NCBI GenBank assembly: GCA_000165425.1
Contig: CT868026.1
Location: forward strand, 186,001-250,000
Origin: Paramecium tetraurelia
Lineage: Eukaryota
DNA: 64,000 nt
Reading direction: 5' to 3'
Shown here: in pieces, positions 1-12,222 of the stretch
How the letters are laid out: each line of letters begins with the position of its first letter
Numbering within the stretch: position 1 is the stretch's first letter
Made by a program: the position numbers and the translations under genes
Notes under the pieces: generated by a model
Database searches by the model: none
Told to the model about the DNA's origin: nothing
The model's input: only the letters and a program-made list of their open reading frames with translations

Positions 1-406
1 GATTCAGCTTGATATTCATCCTGTATTTTCATTTGAAATGCATACAAAGCGAACTTCTATTTGATTTCCCTTAGCTATTCGTTGCTTCCAAAATACTCGT
101 AGGAATGGCTTCCAACTTAAAAGGTTATTGATTTTAACATGCTTTTTGAGTATTGCCACGAAATGCGAGTGTCCGTATTGATTACTAACTACCTCTCAGG
201 AATTTGCATCTTGGGAGACTGTTGTCATATAATAATATCCATACTTTTCCAATACAGATGTGATTCTTAAATAAGTAGATATACCTTGGACCCTTACCAA
301 TGAATTTCTTCTTTGTGAGAATACACTAGTATATGCACTCGTTGTAATCGACGCTTTATAATGTATTTTACACTCCCTCGTGGACTGTACGAGATTTCTG
401 TCTCAT
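1..406 (-). CDS. 5' part of a gene running off the window; probably a ciliate protein kinase with an N-terminal PH-like region
   Basis: ATG at 406 (MRQKSRTVHEG...), tiny introns, open frame ...QVGSHSYEYFGSNEQLREIKQKFALYAFQMKIQDEYQAE to the window edge. The kinase call is inferred from resemblance to ciliate kinase N-termini; the catalytic domain is outside the window. Confidence 0.45.
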
Positions 407-557
407 TTGTAAAATAATAATATTTATATACACAATTTTGGAATAATTCAGAAACTAAGGCCTTTTTATAATAATCAAAAGATTTATGACATGAACCAAT
501 TATAATATAAATTTAAAAACGAGAAAATTATTGCGATTAATTTAATATATATATAAT

Positions 558-3500
558 TCAATCAATCTCAATATTATCATCGAAAAGTTCACCCATTAAT
601 TCTTAAATACACAGTAAATCCTCTGGAATTAAATCAGATGCTACTTTATCCAAATAAAGTGCCTTCGTATCTGCATCCAATATCCTATACGAAATCCAAT
701 AGCTTTCTTTCAACTCCTTACCATTCAAAGCCTATATTTTATATACTTGTAATCTTACTTAATCAAGTTTGTAAATTATGCTTTGATAATACTCTCCCTC
801 ATTGGGATCACTCAAATTTATTCTACCCATTAACAACGATTATATGCTTCTCCAATTGTCCTTCAAATCATTCAAATTCTTAATTGGGTCATTGGGATCA
901 ACATTTTTTGAAAATTTCTACCTTATAACACTGATTTCTTACCGAAAACTTCTCTTCCGAAAAAATATTATTCTCCAAAGAGAAAGCAACAAAACGATCC
1001 AAGGACATGGCTTTCTCTCCACTTTCATTTGAAACTGTATCACATCTTTCCATGAATTGTGTTCTGATAAACTTCTTGTTTGAAGTAGTCCCTTGATTAA
1101 TTTCAAAATGCAAATATAATTTTTGAAACTCTTAAAACTCAATCATCCCATCCATATCCATATCAGCCGAATAAAACACCTCTTCAAAGTGTGCTTAATG
1201 TATCAATTTGTGTTGATGATAACCCTTCAGCAATTTGCTTATAAAGAAATCAACATCCACACAGACCTTGCCCTTCCTCTCATAAGTATTCTAACGAATC
1301 TCCCTTATAATCTTATCCTTGATATCTGCTCCCAAACACTAATGCTGGATATCCAATGATGCTATAGCCTTATCCAATTGAACCAACACTCCCTTCTCAT
1401 TTACAATTGATGCCATATGAAGAGCTATTTCATTCTCATCCAGGATCTTCAAAGATTGGATATATATATCTAAATCTTCCAAAGTGAGGGGACTTAATAA
1501 TTACAGAAATCTTTGATCAATTACATATACATTTACCTTCCGAATAAGTTTATCCTGAAATTCTCTCTATAAAAATAGACAGATTAATAGAAGTTGGTTA
1601 ATTTTTATTCAGCCATACTTTTGAATCCATAAGTATTTACAAAGTACTCATAGCACATCTGATGTAGAGGAGTGTTTTTATTAGAGTATTACTTTATCTT
1701 ATCAGAGTAAAATTGCGATATGAATTTTAAAATATTAATTCTCTGCATTTTAGGCATGGCTAACTTTGGGTTTTTAGCAAAACGCTCAGCCAAAAATGTA
1801 ACCAAATATTTAGATCTCTAGAAATTGAGTTGACTTGTGGACTCAGCATTATTTCTGTTTTGAAATTCTTATATGTTCAACAATTAAATTACTTGGGGCT
1901 TGTGTTTATGTGATGTTTCTTCTCTTTTGTTGTCTATCCGACTTTTTTTTGGAGTATGCTTCCAATTTAGATGAAATTGACGATTCAACACTTGAAGCAT
2001 CACTATTATCGAGTTCCTCATTCAGAAACTATCTTAATGTATCTGAAATCATCTTTACACCCTCATTGTTCAAAGTATTGGAAGTACTAATTGGAGTACT
2101 CTTCTTAGCAGATTTCAAACTGGATCTATTATTTCCATTACTTGGGATTAATTACTACATAAACATAATTGACATTACATGATTTCCAGGTGACTTCGCC
2201 TAAACCTAAATCTGAGAAGATCTTCTATTGGATACAAAGCTACGTTACGATAAGACATCCTACACAAATATGATTATATAAATACATCTTAAGCCATTGA
2301 AATGCTTTATTGAAATGAAATTTGAGATTACGAAATTTCACTCTCATTGTCAGATTCCTTCTGTTATTCATCAGTATTTGTAATTTGAATGTTCCACTTC
2401 TTTTTAGGTGCATTACTTTCCTAAACTAACTCCCGTTGTGAAATAGTTCTATTAACTTAACCTTCAGGTTTGGGTTAATTTCTATTTGAGTACCCACTCA
2501 TTTACTATCTTCCAGGAGATGAAACAACAAGGTTATTTTATGGAGAATTGGCTGATAAAAACTACTACGATATATCTACGGATGAAGGCAGTTAACTTTA
2601 GGATTGAGTGGAGGGTTATTTTTTCTGTATGAAAACACTCGATCTCTTCTCTTGTATCTTTTTTTTGATGATATTTGTAAATTTCTGTGTTTTAGTCAAC
2701 GAATTTATTAAATTGGTAGTCTTTTCAACTAGTTATTATTTTTTTTCTTTTATTTTATTGTATTTTCTTTCCAATTTTGAGTTTATCTTAAATAAATAAT
2801 TGATATTTACATTCTCTTGTAATTCTAAATGAGCTTCCAATTCTATAATCTCATTTTTTGCAGATTCTAAATTCTATTAGAGATTTTCATTTGTATTTTT
2901 CTAAATTATGTAAGATTATTATTACTAATGATTATAATTCGGTTGCATTTCTAAGATTTTCATCTTTTTATGCACTATTAACGAGTAATAGACTAGTTCT
3001 ATACTCCCTCTATTTCTAAACTGTTTATTTAATCTTAGATGAAATATCGCCTAGACTGAGAACAAAAGAAGACATTTAGTTTAGATCAGGGCTATCCAAT
3101 TGATCCCCTTCCATGAATTGTTTATAATTTTCCTAAACTTTGATAAATTAATCTTAGAATTGAATTAGTTACTCCTCTTCATTTTTGATTTCCTCTTGTA
3201 TTTCGTTGGGTAATTCAGTTTGTGTTTCCTTTTCCACTGCATTGCTCATACTAGAATCGGTTTGGACAATATTGTGTCTGAAATCTGGTAAGAGGATCGA
3301 TCTAAGATTAAGATTAAGAGAGAAGTATTACTTATACTCAGGGACACAGTTAAATACAAAGGTTTGAATGGATTATTCTTTTTGTAGGTCCAGGATTGTA
3401 ATTAGATCATTTGTGTCTGTGGCTTAGTTTTTGAGGATGTCTTCAATATTAGATATAGAGATATCTGAGTCGTTTTTTAAGTCATCCATCATTTATGCAT

Positions 3501-4767
3501 CATTTTGGTTGTCGAAGGCTTGATGCATGTTGGGTTGTATCACTTTTATTGGTTGTGGAAATTGAAGGGGAGAATGATCACTGTTTTATGGAGATTATGA
3601 TCTGTAATTGGTTTGGAATCGCTATTGAAAATCATGGAGATCTGTTTCATTATCTTGGATTTATTGCTTAAGATTTTCGATTTCACTTAGTAAGTACTTA
3701 TTAGAGGTGGTGTAATCATTGAGTTGGAATTTGAGTTGTCTGACAGTGTTTTGCAGGTTTCTGTTGGTTTTCTTGAGATACTTGGCATTATCCTTTAATT
3801 TGATTAATTTTTCTTAAAGTTTTGATTATTCCTCTTTTTAATTTGAAATTATTAATTGAAAATTATCAATTTCCAATTGATATAATTAATGTGTTTTCAT
3901 GATTTGTTTGAGATTTTATTTTTCAATTTCTTTTTTTTCATTAACAAGTTAATCAATAACAGAGGAGTTGATTTCAACATATTGAGTCCAAATCTTTTCC
4001 AGTAGAACACTAAATAAGTTTACAAATTTACATCACCTCCTTTCAATACAATCAATACTGATTTGGCGTATGAGTTCCTTCAAGCACAAGGTGAGAACGT
4101 TTTGCACTTCCTCATAGAAATCTAGCTGTTTTTGATCATTGTACTTATCTACAATCTATTGAACCATTAGATCAACCCAAACAGCGAGTGATTTAATATC
4201 ATGTCTACATAAATAATAAGGTTACTTTTGAGGAATACCTCGATGGAGTTTGTCTCTTGGGTTATGTTTAGACAGGTTACTGCAGAATTTGCCCAATTGC
4301 AAAGGGGGTTCTTTTAATTCAGTGGGGATATGCACTTCAACAGTGGCTTGGATATAAATGAATTGAAATACGCTCTCTGAGTGTTTTAGGTGAGAGATAC
4401 AGTTCAGATAAACGAGTGGGATATTGATAGGGATCCACGCTTTTCAGTTGTCCATAGAAATCATTCCGAGGCTAGAATTTCATCTTGTCAATAATATCTA
4501 ATTGATTTTGTGCTAGCAAGGGGGATCCGTAAAAAGTCTATGTATTTATCACTCAAATACTCCTTGAGATAAAGCCTTGTGCTTTTGAGAATATCTGTAT
4601 GAGATATTTGAGTACTGTTACTAGTTCTTTAAGTTGGGGAGTGAATCTCTCTGTATTCTGGTGAGTCGTTCATTGGATGAGTCAGATCTTTAAGTTGGAC
4701 ATCCTAGTTGGTTAGGCTGGATTGATTAAGTAGTTTTAAGTATGCGAAATTTGTACTATTCGCTCAT
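558..4767 (-). CDS. Large coiled-coil protein with an axonemal dynein light chain (p28-like) domain and a C-terminal EF-hand
   Basis: Ciliate-code translation gives LCLKELIRQISIDCIERG (p28 family ELIRQV...C.ERG motif) near 4030-4090 and an EF-loop ADMDMDGMIEFQEF near 1130-1170; ends ...FDDNIEID-TGA at 558; several tiny introns. Confidence 0.7.
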
Positions 4768-4800
4768 ATTGAATTTTGGATAAATTAAAAATATAAATTA

Positions 4801-5600
4801 TCATTACACTAGAATTGACGACTTCTTCTTAAGAATGTTGTTTTTCTTCCAAGCGATAAGAACACAAACGAATGCTAGCATACCTGAAGAAAAGAGATAT
4901 ATTGTGAAATTAATAGAGGTTTCTTGTCTATTTAATTCAATCATATATGAAGTGTTGAGCATATTGGCTTGATGCTTTACTAAATCGATATCCCTTCTAA
5001 ACTTTTCAGCCCTATATGAAAGTTACTCATTAAGTAAGATTAATTATTGCAATTCTTCATATTTTATTTTTTCAATATTCTCTGAATGATGATCATCATG
5101 AATATGATTATGTGATTCTTAATTATTATTATTATGCTCATCCACTTCGACATCAGTAACCCATTATACATCTTCATTGACTTTTGGTTGATCAACTTAA
5201 ATGTATATTTCAAACTCCTCCTCAGAATGCTCATGATCTCCAACCAACCATTCAGTAATTGAGTCTGAATTCCATTGCTTATCAAAATAGATCAAAGCCT
5301 TTGCCTCCTTATCGACAAATAACAATTATGGAGTCTGCTCTATACCCAATTCAGCACATAAATCTTCAGCTTACCGACAATCCACCACTCCCATCATGAT
5401 TGAATCTGCATGCTATTGATACAATTGATTCCATAAAGCAACCATCTGGTCATCCTTAATGATCAGGAGTAGCAACTACGTTTACAAAGTCTGCTTACAT
5501 TTTACTCACTATTGAGAAGATTCTCAAACTCTGACTTGCTTACCCGATCTCCAGAAAATGAGGCATAGGATATCGTCAATAATATGTAAAATATTATCAT
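4801..5600 (-). CDS. Signal-peptide, thioredoxin-like (PDI-type) fold, C-terminally anchored membrane protein
   Basis: MIIFYILLTISYA signal peptide; MGVVDCRQAEDLCAELGIEQTPQLLF resembles thioredoxin/PDI folds; His-rich linker; C-terminal TM helix followed by a basic tail. Confidence 0.65.
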
Positions 5601-5621
5601 AATAAAAACAATTATTATTAA

Positions 5622-6984
5622 TCAGAATAGCATTAATAAATCTCTTTCTATTATTCTTGTATCAATTTACAGATATCCTCATAATCCTACAAGATACACT
5701 TGAAATCCTTCATCTTCCTATTGAATAGTTGCTCAGTCAATTCAGCCACTGTTCTCTGATAATTCCTTCTCTTCTAAAAGAACTTCTTCAAATTGGCCAA
5801 GCATTATTTGGCCCTGGCATTTGAAAACGGATTGATGGGGTATTTCATTAAGTAATAGAATTGTTCCCCAATTGCCTAGGTCAGTATCAGCATCTATTGA
5901 GATGCCTCCAATCGAGCAAGTAACACATAGGCGTTGAATTGATTTGATTTCATATAGAACCGCTTTGCTACGGCTGCAATCAACAGCGAAGTAGTAGCAA
6001 AACCAGAGTATTGTGTAAGTGTTAGAACCATTTTACCATAAACAGTATATGGTTCGTACTCCTCATAAGAATATCTTATCAATGCCAACATGGTCTCGTA
6101 AAAGGAGTGCTTCAACAATTGCATTGTATCTGAATTCTCCTCCCTCATATACGGACGTTCCACTATCCACAATGCCAAAGTGAGGAAGCATGCTTGAATA
6201 ATGAAAATGGTCGAAATCACGAGCACTGGTTCCTCGTTTGCCAATGATTTGAAGGTGAAACTCCATTTCACTTTGAATCCAAAATATAGGGACAATCTAT
6301 ACACCTGACTGTTGTACAAATGACTCAATCGCAGGAGCATGAACATCAAGGTTATGCCTCTCAAACAGGTCCACAAAAATAGCAGGTCATTCAAAGTAAA
6401 GTAAAACACTCCTTCAACTCGATACAGGGTGAATTCAATCTGAATATCTAATTTAATACTCAACTTACTTTTTGAAAATACATTAGGAATCGGTAGATAT
6501 ATCAACAATTCTAATAAAAAGGGATTAAAGAAATCGCTTTTATGAAAGCCAAGGTTGAGCGGAATCAACTAAGTGGCTTTCAAGTAATTAAATTTCATGT
6601 TGTATGTCAAATATGTCAGCAGCAACAAAAAGCAATTCAAAGCCAACACCAACCACAAAAACGTATCATCCTCCCAATCCTATATGAAATATTAATCATC
6701 AAACTATATAATAATTCTCATACATCGATGATCAGTATCACAGTTATCACCAATATCAATTGCAATCTCACTTGTTCAATCAAACGATGAGTCTCAAATA
6801 ATAGTTTTGTGACTCTAGCGTCCTCAAATCCAATATGATCCTCCTTCTTTAAGCTAGCATACTCCCCTCCTTCTGATTCAGACGAGAAGCTTCTCTCGTA
6901 CCCAAGTCCATGAATCCCCTCTGATATTTGATTGGTTAAATGTAGTGGAATTGCATTGCTCTCATGAAATCGTTTTTAATTCAT
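5622..6984 (-). CDS. Small-conductance Ca2+-activated K+ channel (SK-like) subunit with a divergent filter
   Basis: Multiple TM segments, S4-like LMFMLLRLSHLY, ALWIVERPY, pore-region P.T..GK, and S6 GFATTSLLIAAV followed by an SK-like C-terminal helix. Confidence 0.75.
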
Positions 6985-7642
6985 TTATAATTCATGTATA
7001 AATATATAATGTAGTCAAACACGATATCTCCATTCCAAGTAAATTAGATCTCTCCTTCTAAACAATCAAAATACATCCTTTATAAAATACATTAATAGAA
7101 ATGTTAACGTTTTGTTTCTAACTGCAATTAGCAATTAATTCATAAACTAAAACCGATTGACATATCATTGCTAAATTTCTAAATATTAAAAGAACTTGTT
7201 CATTGTTAGTTTTCTGATCATTTTTATTTTCATCTCTAATTTTGTATATTTTATTGTATTAGTATTAAATATTCTACTTCTACTTATATTTCAATCAAGT
7301 AATGCCTTAAATTCATAAGCCTGATAACAATTCCAAATTTAGAAATGAGAATTCAGGAAAACCTGATCACCATTAGATAAATTTCTGAATACTATATTGA
7401 TTTCACAGTTTAATTCAATTCTTTAGAGTGTTGATCTGTGTCAGCTATATTTAAACCATAAACAAAAGAGGACTTGGTCAGAATTAACTAATTATTTCTA
7501 CATCAGCTGAATCACCCTTAATTGGAGCAATCCATTATGTATAAATTTAAGTCTTAGTAAATATACTCTTGTCTCTATCTGTAATTAGTGTTTCAGTTTT
7601 GTTTTGACTAAACTCAAAACATTATTTTTATTATTATAATCC

Positions 7643-9789
7643 ATGAAAAAAGTTACTTAGACTACAGCATCCACCTTCCAACCAAAACGTAGTCTTGCCA
7701 AGGCAAAAAGTCAAAATTAATTTGAAGAAACAGATCCTGCTTAAAGAGGTTATGTATTTATACTATGAAGACAGGAAAATAATCAGGATGAGAAATGTTG
7801 TTGATTTGGGAGATGCTTAGGAGGATAACAAAAAAAATTAAAGAAAGAATGGTAATTCTCAAATTGTAATAAATAGAGGATCAAATCGACCCTTTACTTG
7901 AGCAACTCGATCAATGGCATGAAAATATAATGTCGAAGAAAAAGACTTATGCATTTGAATAGGTCAAGCAAAACGACAACCATAACAAGTTGATTGAAAA
8001 TGAATTCACATTAGAACATGGACCTCAGATTAATTCAAACATCATCAATCAGATCATGAAACCAATTGAAATACCCAACTTCAAAACTGAAGAGAACAAT
8101 GAAGACGTATAAGTCTAATTCCAAATGCTTAGAGCCAACAAAGAATCTGGAAATGTGCTTAAAACACTCGATCAAGTAAGAATTGAAATGAACAAATAAA
8201 TCTTAAATACACTTCTGCTTCAGAAAGTTACCAAAAGGCTTGATGAAATGCATATCAATAGAAAACATAAGACTAATTGGAATATACAACGCATGGATGA
8301 AGAAATAACCCAAGTATTTCGAGATTAGACACACACCTTGAAACAAAGAACTTTGAACAATTTCAAAGGTTTAACCGAATACTTTAGTAATCCTGCATAA
8401 TACATTGATTATGACATGGTTTTATCAAAAGCTAAATACCATTCTAATAGACCACCAACATCATTCCCTACAACTTAAATTCCACAATAACAACAAAACT
8501 CTACTTCTGCAAAATCCTTGATGGAGAGCTATCAACTTTTTCAAACATAAATCAAAGAACATAAAAATGTGCTGTTTTAAATGAGAATTGAAAACAACAC
8601 CTTAGTTTAGTAAATGAATCATTTTGAGGAAGAAGTTCAAGATATAAGACGAAAGTTTTTTGCCAAAGAAGAGAAAGCAAGGCAAGGATGGATTCCTGAA
8701 TAGTAAATTGATGGGTTACCCAACAAAAAAAGGAATCTCATGGATATCATTGAAAAAATCAGAAATTAAAGGGATTAGGAGGTGAAGACAAGGACAAAGG
8801 AAATAATGTCCTTAAGAAAACAAATGTAATAGAATAATGAGAAATAATAATAAATACAAAAGGAACTCGATGAGATGAGATAAAAGAAGAGAAGATGCAA
8901 AATGCTACTCAAAGATATCTTTCTTAAGCAATTCTAAGATTCAAACAACTCTCTTGTTCCAGAAGGCCTCGTTAGTATTATCAAGAACATGAGAAAGATC
9001 AATGAAAGTGCTAAGCCAGAATATTTCCCTAAATTTCTAGATGAAATTTCTAAGAATTACTTGTTGTTAGCAGCTTAACTAGAAATCGATATTGAAGAGA
9101 CTAGAATACTGTCTCAAAAATACAATCATTAACAATTATTGTAGCGTGCCACTAGTGCGAGATAGCATATTTCTACTCAAAGATAATAGATGAATGTTTC
9201 TGAAATTAAAAATTAAGTGAAAATAATGCTAAAGAAAAGTAAGGTGTCAATCAAGAAACCAGTGTTTGTTCAAGGCATCGATCCAATTAATCCAACTTAG
9301 TTTGCTCATGTGATTAAATGGGAACATCAAGATTTGGAACATTAATAAATAACTGAACCTATTGAAAGCAATTTTAAAAATTAAAACGTCTCTTCTGAGC
9401 GAAATCACATTATGAAAGACTACAATTAGAAGCTAGTTTAATTATAATAGTAGTTAGAATTGATTACGAATGAAGAATGCCAACGTATTTTAAAATCATA
9501 TTCCAATAAAAAGTTATTATCTGATATTCAAGAACTGAAAATGGTTATGTATGCACTCTTTGGTTAAACATTGGGAGATTAATAGTGGATCCAATTTGTT
9601 GTCGATTGGACTGAATAGAAGCAATTAAATCCCTTATTTGTTTTAAAACAAGAAGAACAAACGAAATAAAGTGATACACGTAAAGATCAACATTCAATTC
9701 CAGACAAGATGAAAGCTAAAGTATCATAAACACTAAAAAAATTAACAGAAGTTACTAATGTTGATTATAACTTTGAATTAATCTATTGA
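7643..9789 (+). CDS. Hypothetical coiled-coil protein
   Basis: Long open frame in the ciliate code after two 5' tiny introns; Q/E/K-rich; TGA at 9787-9789. Confidence 0.7.
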
Positions 9790-9996
9790 TTTAATATCTA
9801 TATGTAAAATAATAATTATTTGTTAATAACTAAAAATGGAATTATTAATAAAATATATATTAAGGAGAGCCATTTTTAAATCATGAAAGTTATGCTAATA
9901 TAAATATTAATTCTTGTTCAATTTTGTTACATTATAATCTCTAATTTTTCAATTTATATAATTTATTTTGATTATTCTATAATAAAATTTAAAATT

Positions 9997-10650
9997 ATGG
10001 AGGAATATTATTGTAATGCCATCATAGAGTTGGTGTTAGAGAGTGAAGGGGGAAAAGTCAATGATCCAAACGACCCAGGAGGTAAAACAAACCGAGGGAT
10101 AACCTAAAAAACCTACAACGATCAACGAAAAGAGATCATGGGGTAAGCAAATAAGTAAATGGCAAAGAAAGAAAAGAATCCATTGAAAATACCAGAAGAC
10201 AAAGATGTTTTTGATCTTACAGATGATGAGATCAAAGATTTTTACAAATATTAATTCAAAAGATTTTTAGCTCATGAAATTAAAGATCCATATACCTGTT
10301 ATGTGTATTTTGATACTTGTGTTTTGTTTGGCCCTAATAAAGCAATCAAAATACTATAGCTAGCATGCGATATTGAATCAGATGGGAAACTCGGTCCAAA
10401 TACAAGAGCTAAAGTAGAATAAACTATTGATTAAAGAGGATTACAATTAACTATGCTCTTCTTCAGAGAGATGGAACATGAAATGTCGAAAAATTATGGA
10501 ATATACGGAAAAGGATGGTCTAATAGAATAAAGAAGATCACTCAACAAATAGAGGAGGGAGTAATACCAAAATGGCCAAATGATAATGCTAATAAAATAG
10601 TACAATTATAATAACAACAAAAAGTCATAAACTAACCTAAGAAGAAATGA
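9997..10650 (+). CDS. Glycoside hydrolase family 108 (bacterial/phage-type lysozyme) with a C-terminal peptidoglycan-binding-like segment, 217 aa
   Basis: Intronless ORF with ESEGGKVNDPNDPGGKTNRGIT, FDTCVLFGPNKAIKILQ, DGKLGPNT and YGKGWSNRI, matching the GH108 motifs EGGY.NDP.DPGG.T..GIT, FD.AVN.G...A...LQ, DG..GP.T and GW.NR. Confidence 0.9.
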
Positions 10651-10859
10651 ATACTTTAGTAGAATATTATGCAAAATATATTGAAATTATTATTTTCTCT
10701 TCTTAATAGAATTATCTTTAACAATTACTTTATGAGACTAAAGTTAGTTTGAATTACTTAATGATTCGCCATTATGTTTGATATATGAAAACAGAATGGA
10801 AATCAATTTAACTCTATAAGTTATAAAACGATAGACTTATTTGATATAATTTATTATTA

Positions 10860-11328
10860 TCATTCTGGCTTTACTTTAGTTGGTTTCTTTGATGAACTAC
10901 TAGATGAGCTCCACAACAATAAGCCTCCAACCAAGGCAAAAAGTTTTAAAAATTCAATGGAAGTGGTTGAATCAGTATTCATTAAAGGGTTGGCTGTGAT
11001 AACTATTTATAATGACAACCCAAGCAGTGGTAAGTAAACAAAGCTTAGCAAATTAATTAATTATATTACCATCTGCATATGAACATCAATACCGAACTGC
11101 TGATAAGTCCTGCGATTATTAATTTTGATAATTCAGGTGGCAATAATTTGATGGTATCTGCAGGTATATACTTGAGTTTAATTCGAGAATTACTTTTGTG
11201 ACTAATTTATGTTTTAGTAACTCATTGTATTTAGTGTCAAATTGTTTTCCCAAGGATGAATAGGAGATGAGAAGGGCACTGTATCCAACAAGAGCTGTGA
11301 GCAATAGTACTTTACCGAAAAATGACAT
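10860..11328 (-). CDS. Small multi-pass membrane protein (HR-lesion-inducing/DoxX-like)
   Basis: MSFFGKVLLLTALVGY...NPFMNTDSTTSIEFLKLFALVGGLLLW...KVKPE-TGA, with tiny introns; the family call rests on motif resemblance. Confidence 0.55.
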
Positions 11329-11440
11329 AATATATATTTTTATTTTATTTAGACACAAGGATAATTAGTGTTTCTAGGAAAGCAAATCCTCCAATACCCA
11401 ATAGTATGATGAATAATAAATAATAATGTAATGTAATAAT

Positions 11441-12154
11441 TCATTTGGTGTTTTTTTTCTCTCTAAATTATACTCTGAGTGAATATATTTTTTTATCTTT
11501 ATCCCAAACTGGTTGAAATTTGCCTTCCTAATATAAATAAAATAAAAAAAGTACTTATGTTTCTATCTCTTGATTAGGTATTTTAAAGCTAATGTTTTCA
11601 TATGGTTCACCAGCGAATATCAAGTACTAGTAATTCTTGTCTGGCTACTCAATCTTTTGTTCAAAGGCTGACATAACTCTGTGTTTGGGGATGAATCCGG
11701 GTTGAATGTCTTCATAATAAAGCTCAAAATATAGAACTTTAGAAGTGTTCTCGACAGTGCGTGTGACCTTGTACCCTGGACGACCTATCTTAATAGTTTT
11801 ATGTTTCTAGGGTTTGGGTTGGTTTTATTTGGCCATGTGCATCATCGCATTGAGATCCTTGCCTTCTCTGGCTTTTCTGCGCAACAGATTCTATTGATGT
11901 TTCTTTCCTTGAGTGTGTGCCAAATATGATCCCTCATTGGTATGGAGAGTCAAACATAATCTATAATTTGAATTATATGTATACTTGCATTCATAGGTAC
12001 CAAGATGATTGATCATAAAGTAAGGGTCCTTTTGGAGGTCGATGATCTCCATGGCCAGTTGCTTAAGACGTTCTCTTCTCTCGACATTGGCATCTGCAGC
12101 TGATGCCATAGGACCCGAGCCGGTCCTACCTCCTGGTCGATTTTACATGTCCAT
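11441..12154 (-). CDS. SF3A2: Splicing factor 3A subunit 2 (SAP62/Prp11)
   Basis: MDMQNRPGGRTGSG...RRERLKQLAMEIIDLQKDPYFMINHLGTYECK/LCLTLHTNEGSYLAHTQGKKHQ (matrin-type zinc finger), KIGRPGYKVT, AGEPYENISFKIP; two tiny introns. Confidence 0.95.
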
Positions 12155-12222
12155 TAATTTAATTAATGCTATCAAACCCTCACTTAAGCAACTATATAAG
12201 GTTTTTCTAGATTATCTCAGAT

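Noticed and set aside
9997..10650. GH108 gene as bacterial contamination or a prophage fragment
   Set aside because: It requires TAA/TAG=Gln, matches host base composition and is flanked by intron-containing ciliate genes with no other phage genes.
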